Shown: piece by piece, positions 37,300 to 49,602 of the stretch
Numbering within the stretch: the first letter of the stretch is position 1
How the letters are laid out: the number at the start of each line of letters is the position of its first letter
Source: Amphiscolops sp. MND2022
Taxonomy: Eukaryota
DNA length: 64,000 nucleotides
Reading direction: 5' to 3'
NCBI GenBank assembly: GCA_964187785.1
Contig: OZ076409.1
Coordinates: 81,098,001-81,162,000 of the forward strand
Position numbers and translations under genes: made by a program
Notes under the pieces: generated by a model
Databases searched by the model: none
Told to the model about the DNA's origin: nothing
What the model saw: only the letters and a program-made list of their open reading frames with translations

Positions 37300-38180
37300 C
37301 ATTGGGGAAGTATCAATACCTTCCTGAAGTTTGTGATGTTGATTGTATGTATCGTTTTTGTTCCAATAAATTGACAGTTGATAAATACGAATATGAAAGC
37401 ATCTGCTTTGGCCCAGGAATTCCAAAAAAATGTTGAAATAAATGGGCAACAAGTCGAGTGCAAAAGTGCGTGTAAGTATCTAGTAGTCTGGATTGACACG
37501 AAGTTCAGAGAACAGATCGAGTGTGTTGTAAAAACTCAATACATTCTGTGGACTAATATATCGTTCATGTGCGACATGTCTATTGAAATAATTGCAGTAC
37601 TCTTATTCTACAATTCGTTTGCTATATCTTTAATTATGTACGGAATACGTGAGTTTGGCTCTGCAACAAATACAAAGTTAGGAGGAATCGAAAAGCGCAA
37701 CGATGAAATCTTGATGCAGTATTTTGCAATCATAAAAGAAATTCACTGGGTGAAATTTAAATGAAGAAAGCAGTTCTCACTGTTTTTGAGTTTCTTCTTC
37801 AGCTGGTAAAAAAACTGTTCCATGAAATTGAATCAGAATCACTAGAACAGCTTTATTCGGAAAAAAATTTGAAAAAATATACGCTACCAGGTTCAGGAAA
37901 ACTGCTACTATTGTTCATCTACTGTTGAACTTGTTAAAAGCGTGAATCCTTGACCAACTCGCTACGCGTAGCACATGACTAGTTGTTGCAACTGAAACTC
38001 ATTGCTTATGATTTGAAAATTTTGCCTGCAATAACTGTCAAGAAACATATCATGGCATTCTCAAAACTAGACAACAAAGATCTATTCAATGTTTTTTTTC
38101 AGGTTTCTCGAAATTAAGTAATGCACATGTTCACTTCTTAAGTACGCAAGCTTAGAACAGTGAAAAACACATTTGCGTCC
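37300..38180 (+). mobile_element. Decayed non-LTR retrotransposon (CR1/L2-group) ORF2 C-terminal region
   Basis: Across frames: FCSNKLTV, VEINGQQVECKSACKYLVVWID.KFREQI, and LLFYNSFAISLIMYG. These match the W..N.L.., KYLG..ID..L.F..HI and L..Y......L.YG motifs downstream of the LINE RT core. Confidence 0.75.
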
Positions 38181-38947
38181 TAGTTTTTGTTTAGGAGGAA
38201 AGAGACACTTGCAGAAATTATGTGTCAAGCGTTTTCTATGCCCGTTTTCACTTGGAAGTACGATTGTGGACAAATCATTTGTTAGCCCCTCTTGGTGTCT
38301 TTTTTGCATCATAAGCTTGCTGAGAGATGAAGAGAATTACGTGGCACACGTTGTAAAAGAAAGTAGGTCCTTCGAAAAGAAAAATACGAATTTCACCATC
38401 GGATCTTCCATTCTGTCTTCCACTGAGTCCAGATTATCAAGAGACGGTTGGCATAATAATGGGGTTGTCTTTTTACTTTCTTTTTCATGGTAGAAACTTA
38501 AACTTGCTTTTTATCGTCAAAAAGATCTCTCAAAAGCTTGAAAAGTTTGGGCTGTTAATTCGAATACTTGGAAACTGGACATGCAGCACTTTTTGAACAA
38601 TTATTAGCTGTCTGAGTGTATTTAGTTGTTGAAAGCAGTAGCTTCAGGCCAATTAGAGACACGAATCCCTAGCGTTGACTTTAAGTTTTATTTTCATAAA
38701 ATGAAACTATCGGTTGAATGATCAATTAAATGACCGAAACTTCCCTCGTCAAAATCTGATCATTTGCAACACAAAAATACCACAGTATCGCTATGTCTTC
38801 CTTATTTTCCTCCGGATGTTTCAAATTTCCTCCTAGTATAATTCCTGCAAGTATTTCAAATTGTTGGACAGCCAACTGGATGCTTTTTCAAGCAAATGTA
38901 TTTTAAAAATTTCAATGCTTCAGTGTCAATAACGGCTTTTTGTCTTG

Positions 38948-38976
<29 letters not shown>
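38948..38976 (+). repeat. (CT)n microsatellite
   Basis: 14 perfect CT units. Confidence 0.95.
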
Positions 38977-38979
<3 letters not shown>

Positions 38980-39304
38980 CACAATTTTACTATTTTTTGA
39001 GGTGCTGTTGGCAACTGAACGGAAATTTCCAGCTCGTCACATGATATTGCTGACCGAATAAATACAACGAACCAGTCTTCGTGAAGTCAAATCTTACTTG
39101 AAGGAGGATTTCGTTTTATTGTTTTTATATTCAAGTGTTTTTCCATGAATTTCAGAAATAAGGCGAACGATTGCACTGGAAAGTAGATTACAAAACGCAT
39201 CAGTCATCAAGCTTGGCATAACACTGTCAAATCATAATTGCTTTTTTAGTCGGCGTTTTTTAGACACCTGACAAATCTAATAAGAAGAATATACTTTTTA
39301 TTTT

Positions 39305-39727
39305 CGTGTCTGGATTTTTCTGTCCCCAGAAAACAAGTCAGTCCCAATAACACCATTTCACATCAAGACATTTGAGTGTCACAAAGGCAGACACTTCAGC
39401 TCTATTGATTCATTGTCTCATAAGAGCTCATTTCTCATTTAATGCAAAATCTTTTCAACGTATATGCTATTTTGTGAGTTACAGAAAAGCTAATTGAAAT
39501 TATATTGATTGCAAGCCAAGTGCGGAAGGACATTTCCAATAATAAAAAAAATCATAGGGAATCATTACCTGAATAATACAACTTGATTAACGACCCAAAT
39601 GAATCAACAGATGCTTCATTTATTTCGCACTAAAATCATCGATGCTGAAATGTCTCTCTTTGTGGGACAGAATTATTGGGGACTGAATTGTTTTTATCAA
39701 CTTTTCTGGGAGCGCAAAAACTGTCAC
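39305..39727. mobile_element. Degenerate MITE
   Basis: CCCAGAAAACAAGTCAGTCCCAATAA..AGACATTT is inverted to AAATGTCT..TTATTGGGGACTGAATTGTTTT..TTTTCTGGG. Confidence 0.5.
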
Positions 39728-41719
39728 TAAATTTCTTCAGACTGAAATGTTTCTTTTTTTTTCACCACTTTCTCTTGTAGACAGGAAGTTCATGTGAGTC
39801 AGGTGCTTGATTCCGAACCACAGAGCTCGAAGAGTTCACTCAAGATTGGAAAGGTTTTCCGCTAGATCTTCAAGCATTCATTGAACTTTTTCACCGACAA
39901 AGTTTTTAAAGCTCCAAAAGAATGCTTCTATCAAGCTTTGATTTTTTGCAACCATATAATACGGGGAAACCGAAATGCATCACTAATCAAATCTGATAGT
40001 TTGCACCGAAGTTATTTTGACTTCTGGTATTTTGTCCTTTAGTAACCTTTGTTCTGTGACCTTATTGTCTTGAAATGATTCTTGCTCATGATGAGGTTAC
40101 AATTTTAAAAATTTTCTTTACCATGTTGAAATCACAGAATGATGATCCATAGAATTGCCTAGTGAAATTCAGTTGAGCAATAAAGTTGCATCATCGCTAC
40201 AAATGTGATTTGGGCTTCATGTCTTTCGGTGATCATAATAATGTCAAGAAAAAATTACATGCCGAAAAAAATTTATAACTCGCATTCTTCTCAGTGATCT
40301 CAATTGGGATGAAATTAAGTTCACATTGTATTTTTCCTCATCGGCGTTGACATTTTTATGTGCCCGAGAATCAGCAGTTCAAGAAGACGCCTCAACCTAG
40401 TCACATGAGGCAAATCTGATTAGTGCGGTGCAAATGAATCCCCATGGCGAATTTTCAGTTAGCAACAAATTGATATTGACTTAATGAATCCTTCTAAAGC
40501 ATAGCAAGTTTTGAGAAGTAGGAAAAGACCTAAGCATCAAATTATAGGGAGCCAAGATGGTGAAAAATTTGATTGAATTTGTAAACCATGTAGTGAACAA
40601 GACATCCAGTGAGCACCAGGATATCTTCCACCCTGCATGATTTAAGTGACAATTGTTAAGTGACAATTATATTAATATAATTTTAGTGCTCGAGCGTAGA
40701 GCTAAGTCAATACGAAATCTTCAACAAAGGATCTTCGAAAAATACTATTTTTAAAAACTTCAGATTCTTTAGAAAAGCGTATGCTAGGTGGCTAATTGTT
40801 TTGTCGTTGAACTCTGTGGACAATTTTACTCTTTACGTCCTCTTTGGGTGCTTCTAAATACATCTTTTTGTATTTTATTGCTACTCAATGAAATTAAATC
40901 TATTCTTATCTTATCCAAAATGCATTAAACGGTTCAAAAATGAAAAAGTTTTATTTGGATATTTTCATATTACACATTTTTTTAAAATAGGTAACAAGTA
41001 TCTCCATGAATACTATACATTGATTTTAATTTTCAGCCAGTGCTTTCGTTGGAAAACACAAACTATGGAAGTAGTTTTCCAAAGAGAGGCGGATTGGCAA
41101 ATTCTTTTCTTCAACTTCTCTTTCGCTTCATCATCCCGCTAATTTACTTGCCAATTGGCTTAGTAGTCAGCGCAGGTGCCTGTGAATGGTGACAGTGGCT
41201 TGGAAGCAGGAGTTTGGGGTGATCGATAACGCTCTGATAACGATGAGATACCGCTCTGATAACGATGAGAGTTTCTCAAAACTTGGTTTTGAGGATTTTC
41301 AAAATACTCTTTTTGGGCTTTACGCGTGGCGCCCACTCAAGCCGAAACCAGCTGGTTTGATCTTGGACGATCGTACATCTTCTGAACTTAGAAATGAAGC
41401 ATGATGTATTTTGGAAAAAACCTAGCTGATAGAATAATTCTTTTTCCATTTTTGGAAAAGAGGGCGGAAATGACAGTCAAAACAAATTAACCAAGCATCT
41501 CTTTTTTGTACAGCTTGTATATTCCAATTCCATAATGAGCACTATTCGATATAGAACTGTTTTCATACTGAAGGCTTCAAATATACTCCGGTGTACGTTT
41601 TTGAGAAAGATTCATTTTTTTTTCAGTTTTTTTCGCTTCTTTACGAAACGAAAAGTGGAATTTGATGGCCAGTGACCAGACATGAGAAGCAGGAATACGG
41701 AACAATTGGGTGAGAACAA

Positions 41720-42296
41720 AATAGGATATAAAAACTTAAGTATTACAGTCATTCGTTTGTTAAAAGTTTCATTTTATTTTTCTTCAGGACATGTTCAAAT
41801 GCGACGAAATTCTCAATTTTTCCTTCAGTTTGTTCAGCTAAACAAATACCTTGGGAGGAGAATATTTAAGCAACGGGTCCTCCCTTTCATTTTCTCATTT
41901 TTTCCACGTAACATACAAAACCGGACCAGACAAAAGGCTCCCCCTTTCAATTTTTGATATTTTCCAACAGACTGGATGTTATAAAATCCAGTAGGATACC
42001 CTCCGAAGAATTTTCGGCACTACGAAGTTATGTTCAAATTTCGCATCTTTTGTCATATATTAGTTAGGCTTTCTCGATTTATATCCCTAAATAATTTTTT
42101 TCAAGACTATTCGAACTTTCGACGTTATTTCCGAACTATATAGCGATTTATTAAAAAGGAGGCGGAGGTTCAAAAACAAGCGCTGCCATTTGTCCCAGCA
42201 CACTATATCGGAACTACTACACTTTATTGTGAGTTTTTCATGAGAAAACTTTTTGTGCCTTAAGTGGGGCCTTGACTTGAGACGTTCCCGTCTTTT
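41720..42296 (+). mobile_element. HINE-like family 1, degenerate copy
   Basis: AATGCGACGAAA, GAGGCGGAGGTTC and CCTTAAGTGGGGC..GACTTGAGACGTTCCCGTCTT are collinear with 20490-20994. Confidence 0.65.
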
Positions 42297-43850
42297 TCGA
42301 GTATTAAAGTTAGTTTTTTGGTTTTTGGTTTTGTGGGACTAATGAGAGTTCTTGAACAATTGTTCTTAAGTATAAATTTAACACATACGACTTAATCAAT
42401 ACAACCAAACTTCTGACGTCGACATTTCTGATGACAAAGTTTCTGGATTTGCTATTGCGACGAAATTTCCCCCGATAAAAATTCCGACGACAAAATTTCC
42501 GCCCTCCAAATATTTTATCGCCAAAAGATTGCTTTTTAAAATGAAGTTTCTACAAGATTTGCAAATGATACATCTGCTCATCAACGTTTCTCCTCTTAAC
42601 TGGTTGAAAAAATCTTTGAAGCCAATCCTAGTTTCAAACTAGGAGCAGCTCTCAGATGACAGCGCCAAGAAACAAAAGAACCACATCTGAAATTGATTTT
42701 TTTTCATGCACATGTTTTCCAGTGTAAGTTTTAAAATGAGTTCATTTTCTTATCAGTCATTTTATCTGTTTCACGCTTTGTTGATGGTTCCCCAGAGGTC
42801 AAAGCGATTTTTGCAATCACACAACCCACGCCAAGGACACTTAATTACCTTAAAGATCTTCTTCTCCGTCTACTAGTCAGCGAGGGATGCGACAATAATA
42901 ACGCCAAGACAGATTAATTACTTCTCCATCGGTAGAACAAAATGTTTTTGTTTGTCAGTCTTCACATTCAAGGTCATGTCAAAAACAAATAGAGGTTGAT
43001 TTTTCACTGACATTTCTACAAAACACGCGTTTCTAAATGTATTTACCTCAGTTAATTTTTTGCATAGCCACGCAGAGAGTGTTTGATAATTGCAAATGTC
43101 TTACAAAATTGTGAAACCCAGCGACATCCAACTTCAAGCTCATTATGTTGCCAAGACATTTGGAAGGCTTTCTATGTTTCTTCAATATTTGAAGTATTGA
43201 AATCATGGCCATTAGATATGAAAGGTAATGCGATGTGAATTTTTAAAATCGAAAAAAAATCACGTGAACTCATTACGGCACAGTTTTCTACGACTTGAAA
43301 GTGAATGTAGATCCATATTTCGATTTTAATTCGATATGCCTGCAGTTCTTGTCTTCTTAACTGGGCCCACGAAAATCAACCCATCTAGCAAGGTTAAAAA
43401 TCCTATGGCGAAATTGAATCATGTTTCTTTATAACAACTCAATGCCCCCCAAAGACCACCTTGTTTCGTATTGGGGAGCATAAGACCCCCCCTCCCAACA
43501 CGAAAATCACTTTTACACTTGAAGAAAAATGTTCTACACGGATGAAAAAATTCGATAGGTTGAAAGGTTTTTCTCTAGAACGTCCTGACAATTCCAGCTA
43601 AATATGAGCATTATTTTGAGGTACGGAAAACTCAACACATGAAAACTCAACACAAAATCTCAACACATCTCAACACATGTAATTAATTTTAGTTAACACC
43701 TCAATTTAGCTTGGTTTCCTATTAAACAATTCTTAACAATTCCTCCTATTGTTAAATCTGCATAATTTCCGTTTACACGTAGTCATAATTACGACTCATT
43801 TCAAACACATATAAAGCAATATACATGTATATTATATATCATGATTATCA

Positions 43851-44048
43851 TTTTCCGCCAACAAATAATGGGAGAGGAAAACCATCATCTGTGTTGCGTT
43901 TTTTTCCAAATTCTGCCAAATCTCAACTATCTCCATTCACTCCACTTGACTATTTTAGTTACTTGACTATTTTAGTTACTTGACTGTTTTAATTACTATG
44001 GCTCAGTTGAAGGAGGAAACTATCCCGGTGCTTAGCGGCAGTCTTGTT
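43851..44048 (+). mobile_element. HINE-like family 2, short (198-bp) variant nested in an AAAACTCAACAC foldback (~43620-44110)
   Basis: TTTTCCGCC 5' end; TGCCAAATCTCAA core; three ACTTGACTATTTTAGTT-type units; ATCCCGGTGCTTAGCGGCAGTCTTGTT 3' end. Confidence 0.7.
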
Positions 44049-44257
44049 ATATTCTATACATGCATTCAGTAGCCTAAATGTGTTGAGTTTTCTTGTGATG
44101 ATTTTTTGGTAATCTTATTTTTAGGCGGCTCTTTTAGTTAAGCGTAAAATTGCCCGACTATTACAGCCACTTTCTTTCTTCGACAGACACGAACTCGACA
44201 AAAATGGATATTCTATTTTCTGATTTCAAATGGACCTAAAAACAGTTTTTGTAACCT

Positions 44258-45210
44258 CCCGGGTTGACCCTTTACTAGCATCTTGGCAAGATCTTACCAA
44301 ATTTCTACTATATCTTGGCCACCATGGAACTTATGGCAAGATTCTTAATAAGATCTTACTAAGACGATACTTTATTCCAAGATCGTATCTTGTACGATGG
44401 ACAAAATTCTAAGATAGTAAAAAACACTATACTAACCTCGGTACAAGCAGCCGAGACTCAATCTAAAGGCTCATTTCACCCAATCAACCCGCTGAAATAA
44501 ATTTGCAGGCAAAAATGTGCGAAAAATTACGATAAGGTTTTTTGGCTTCCAAAATTCTGACGAGAATTCTAATAACTCCTCACCTGTTTAGGACTGAGAA
44601 ATGCGAATGTATCAAATGAACGCTTATATTAAGGACTTTTGAAAACTTGTAACTTATCACTCCTGCCGATTCCAGAGACGGCGAAAAATGGTCTCAAACG
44701 TCCAAAGCCACTACCGGAAAGTTACACAGGGAACACCAAGAAATCCGGAATTTTTTTGTGAATTCATATCTCTGTCTTTCTTTGAGTCTGTTTCAGCAGC
44801 CTTGTTACTGCTGGAAATAGCGGTCGTTGCCCGGTTCGGCTAGTGATTCAGCTCGAGGCGTTTCTGACCCTGTTGCTGGTGATGGTTTTCAATTTATTGA
44901 ACAATTCAATTAGTCTAAATAAACAGCATAAGGACCTTTCAATCAAGTTTTATACCTTGCTAACAGAAACTTTTAATGTCTAACGATATAAATCGGCAAA
45001 AATGTTGATTTTTGTTGACTTCATTCCAGATTTTTTTTCTGGCCAAATAGGATTTTGCAATAAAATTTTTCTTGGGAACATGGCTCCCTTGATAAGATCT
45101 TACCATGTCATCTTGCTATTCTTGGCAAGATCTTTGCTAAGATTTTTCCAACATCTTGGCAAGATCTTGCCAAGATCTTACTAAGATATTATTGGAGGGC
45201 CGACCCAGGC
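44258..45210. mobile_element. Foldback element with modular TIRs made of ~11-bp CTTGGCAAGAT units
   Basis: CCCGGGTTGACCCT..ATCTTGGCAAGATCTTACCAA is inverted to ..CTTGGCAAGATCTTGCCAAGATCTTACTAAGAT..AGGGCCGACCCAGG. Confidence 0.65.
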
Positions 45211-45844
45211 TGATACAAAATTTACAAAATCATGCGAAAGTAAACAGAAAAACTTTGAATGAAGCCAAATCATGTTTGTTGTGTTCAAAGAACAGTTTAT
45301 GCAGACTGTACGAATCAATCTCCTTTGCACCTTTTTCTTTTTACATGATCTACGAAAAAGCTTGACTATTTTTCACAAATTTAAGAAACATCAGGTGTGG
45401 TTGTGGCGTGAAGTGTCAAAACAGCTCCTTAGGCAGTTTGTTGAGTATTTGTAACCAAATAATATTGTTTCCTACATTCAATAAAAGATTTTCGAGTATA
45501 AATGGTGATGTTTTTTCTTTTCAGAAACTAAGTTATTTTTTTGCGGGGCTGTTCTTTTGGGGGTTGATAAGAAACATGGTCCGAATGTATTTATCGAGAC
45601 TTTAGCACCTCAATTCCCGATTTAGTCATGTTGGTTCAAATGACTAACAGTTTAATATAGCAAGGTATTTTAAAAAGAGGAAATCACAGTCGAAGCATTT
45701 GCAGTGTCTTAGTAAAATATAACTGTTTGCAAAACATTTTGCAAATGCTACAAAAAATATTCTGTTTTCAGCAATCAGTCAATCGTTTTGCTCTTATTAG
45801 CTGTCTTTAGAACCAAATGTTTATTCCATTTTCGAAAAACATAA

Positions 45845-48638
45845 AACAAGACGCCCGCTGAGCAGCGAGATATTTTTAAAGGCAACACCTAATTTATTAT
45901 TTCTGCAATAGCTACCCTCTTTTCGCATTTTTGACACTATGCGTTTTACCGCGTGAAGAGAAATGTTTCGAAGACAAATTTTTCACAAAGTTTAGTTTTT
46001 GAGGTTTTCTGTAAAGGAAATAACTTTCCCGAATTTTGAGGGTGACCTCTTTGTTACTTTTGATACTTTGGAACTGATGAGTTTTCTTGATGATTGTGGA
46101 AAATGCCTCTTTTCGTTTTTGTTTTTGGGTCAATCTCAGGTTTTTTTCCTACCTACGAGGGAAACTGCAAAAACATTTTCTTTTTGAAGGTTCACTCCAT
46201 ATCTTTGCTTGGAGCATTTTGGATATCGAATATTTCACAAATAAGGTCGAAAAAAAATTTACGTTTTCCGATAAAATTTTCAAAATATTGCACAAAAACT
46301 TGTCTGATGTCTTTCCGAAACACTACTAGCAGTTACACGTGTCAATCTTGAGCCTATGTGTTTTCTGATTGAAGTAAATTTTCGGAAAGATTTCAAAATT
46401 GTTACTTTTTGTCGAAAATTGAGAAAATTCGGAAATTCTGACACCTTTGTTGTAAACTCGAGGAACTTCATCATACTTTCTTTCACAAATTGCGTTTGGA
46501 ATACCTTATTTTTTCAACGTTCAGGTAAATGGAATTTCTAATCCACAAAATTTTCGTGGTTTGAACACAAATTTGGATTGGTTTGTCAAAAAACGTGCTT
46601 TTTTGTCGTTTGTTGGTCTTTGGGGTGTATATTGAGGCCTATTCCAGAAACGTTGCTGCTATATCTTCACAAATGCCTACTGGATACCGGTACTAGTCAT
46701 TACTGAGTTTTATAAACCTCCTAATGCAAGGAAGTAGCTTGAAAATTGTACAAAAAAGTGCATAAATTGTGTTTAAAAAATGAAATTTCTCAGATTTTGC
46801 AATATTTGGGTCCTTCTGAGGACACTTTCTGCCACAAAATGTGCAAATTTTTCTTCAAAAACGTCCTGCGGACCTGATTTTATCATCTTGAGCTTTCGCA
46901 GGCTTTTATCGTTAAAAATTTTTAATATCAAAGGTTTCTAGTCTCATATAAAAATTCACTGGAAATGTCAGAATTAGGCAAAATTTTGACTTTTTGCCGT
47001 TAATTTTGACCATTTTCCAACCGAATTCTGAAATTTTCCTTCAAGAACCTACTGGTTTATGAGTTCAATCATTGTTGAATGTTTGCCAACATTCTGACTC
47101 CAAAACGATTCAAAAAGTACATATAAGTTGCATAAAAACGAGATGTTGAACTTCTTCGATTTTTCGACTCAATTGGAGTCTTTCTGGAGTGTTTTTGAAA
47201 CAAAACGCTGCATCGTACTCTTTATCTAAGGAACTTCATAGCTTTTGTTCTTTCGTTTTGACTGTGTTAGAATTCATAACGAAAGCTCTCGGAAATTGTA
47301 CAGAAATTGCAACAAAACGACAAAAACATTAAATTTATCGACATTTTCTGAGTCAATTTGAGACATTTTCTATTACAAATTGTATTTATCTCTCAACGAA
47401 GGCTCACTGAAACGAAGAGTTTTTCTATTGATAAAGGGTTTTAGCATTCTAGTCTACGAAGTCTACCGATAATTTGACAAAAACTGCATAAAAACATTAA
47501 AAATTTTGGGTTTTTTCTCATTTTGGGTGTCAACTTGAAAACCGCTCTTAACTTTTCGGAAACGTCTACTGGACAACAAACTTTTAACCTTGTTGACCCT
47601 TTTTAACATTCCAATCTACGAAGTCTGTCATAAATTTAACAAAATATGCATAAAATCTTTGAAAGTTTGAAACTTTCGGGTTTTTTGTCTATATCAGTGC
47701 CAATTTGAGATGTTTTTCACCTTGAAAACCGCAATTATCTCTTCAAAAAACACTACTGGACAACAATTTTTCACTTGGATGACCGTTTTCAACATTCCAA
47801 TCCAGGGAGTCTGTCGAAATTTTGACAAAAATTGCATAAAAACTTTGAAAATTTGAAAATTTTGGGTTTTTTTGTCATTATCGGTTTCGCTTTGAGATAT
47901 TTTTCATTGGAAAACAACAATTATCTCTTTGCAAAAGCCTACTGGACAAAAAATTCCTGCCATGTGGAGCGTTTCCAACATTTTAATCCACGAAGTCTAT
48001 CCAAAGACAAAAATTGCATAAAAACTTCGAAAATTGGAAAAATTTGGGTTTTTTGTCAAATTCGGTGTCAATTTGAGATTTTTTTTCAACCTGAAAACCG
48101 CAATTAACTTTTCTTAAAAGACTACTGGGCAACGAATTCTTACTTTGATGATCGTTTTCAACATTCAAATCCACGAAGTCTATCGGAAATTTGACAAAAA
48201 TTGCATAAAAACTTTGAAAATGGGAAAATTTTGGAATTTTTGTCAGTTTTGGGGTAATTTTTTTAAAAACCGCATTTATCTCTTTATAGAAGACTTTTCG
48301 TCGTCAACGAATTCGTGCCTTGTTGAACATTTTCAACATTTTAATCCACGATGTCTTTCGAAAAAATGACAAAAATTGCATAAAATCGTTGAAAATTGGA
48401 AAATTTTTGAATTTTTGTTATTTTCGGGTTATTTTGGGTCATTATGGGGTCATTTTCGTCATTCCCAAAAAATCCAAAAATCTCTACAAATACGTATCAC
48501 ACGAAGCTAAATTTATGTGAGTTGAATTCTATGGGTACCACTCTTAAAGTTGAATATATATTTGGTGCTTGGCAAATGTTGTAAAAAAACCGTTTGATTT
48601 AAATAGTTTCCTTTCCCATATGAAATATGGGCGGAAAA
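45845..48638 (-). mobile_element. HINE-like family 2, long copy (~2.8 kb) with a ~185-bp tandem array
   Basis: AACAAGACGCCCGC start and CCCATATGAAATATGGGCGGAAAA end. Repeated CTACTGGACAAC / AACATT..AATCCACGAAGTCT / TGACAAAAATTGCATAAAAAC units. Confidence 0.8.
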
Positions 48639-49466
48639 TAATAACTGAATATGAGCATTTTTTCCTTCGAAGGAAGCTTTCACGACAGCAGTGGAAACAC
48701 AGGTAACTTGGAATGTTGTAGTTAAGGTGTGTAAGATATGTAGCTGTCAGATCATTCCTGAAAACCATCATTCCTGACTTTTTGAAAATTTGTACAGAAA
48801 ATTTAGAAACATTCAACTGAGAAGTCCACTTTTTAGAATTAAAAATGAATTGAAAGTAAAAGTGTTGAATTTTCTACGTAAATACATCGTCACATAGCGA
48901 TTTTAAAACGTATTCGAAGGAGCCTCTTTCAACTATTTTATACATTTACATTACACAATTAGGCGAGAACGTATTTTTTTCGTTATTCCAAATTTGACCC
49001 TAATTACCTTTTGCTACATAGTTTGAACGTTTTGGTGGGTATGAATGAACTTTTTAGCACACTTTTTCAAATAATAATTCTTCGTTTATTCTTTAAATGC
49101 CCAAATGTTCAAAAACGATTTTAAAATGGGTAATTTTCGACTACTTTAATGCTATTTTAGTGTTATCTCTCCATGGGTTTGTGCGCATGAACATCTATTG
49201 ATCTCAACAACATTTTTTGTATTTTCTTTGTTTTCTGGGAGAAAGCAACCAAAAGGTGTCAGACATTTCAATTTTTGGCTGTTTTTTTTGTACAATTATT
49301 GGTTGCTTTGTGGGTTTTACAAATCACAGAAACGAAGTAATTAACTACATAGCATTTTTGTGTAGAATGATTTTTTGAGTAATGTGTTCAAAAAACAATT
49401 ATCAGACTGTTCGATCTTATGAATAAGATACGAAAAGAGTTTTATGTTGAATCTTCTATTCTATAC

Positions 49467-49602
49467 TGTAACGTGATAATAAGGTTAAGTGAATAGGTCA
49501 GCACATGGTTTGACTAAAAGTACTAATGACTGGTATTAAAACGTCAGTACTACTACTTTTAGCATACATGGGAATGAGTACATGGGATGGCGTCATGTCA
49601 CA
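49467..49602 (-). repeat. Putative 3' LTR (136 bp) of the relic
   Basis: TGTAACGTGA...TCATGTCACA (8/10 terminal inverted repeat), next to PPT AGAGGGGGGAA (49603-49613, minus strand). Confidence 0.75.

Noticed and set aside
41227..41270. 22-bp tandem duplication
   Set aside because: Only two copies; ordinary slippage.
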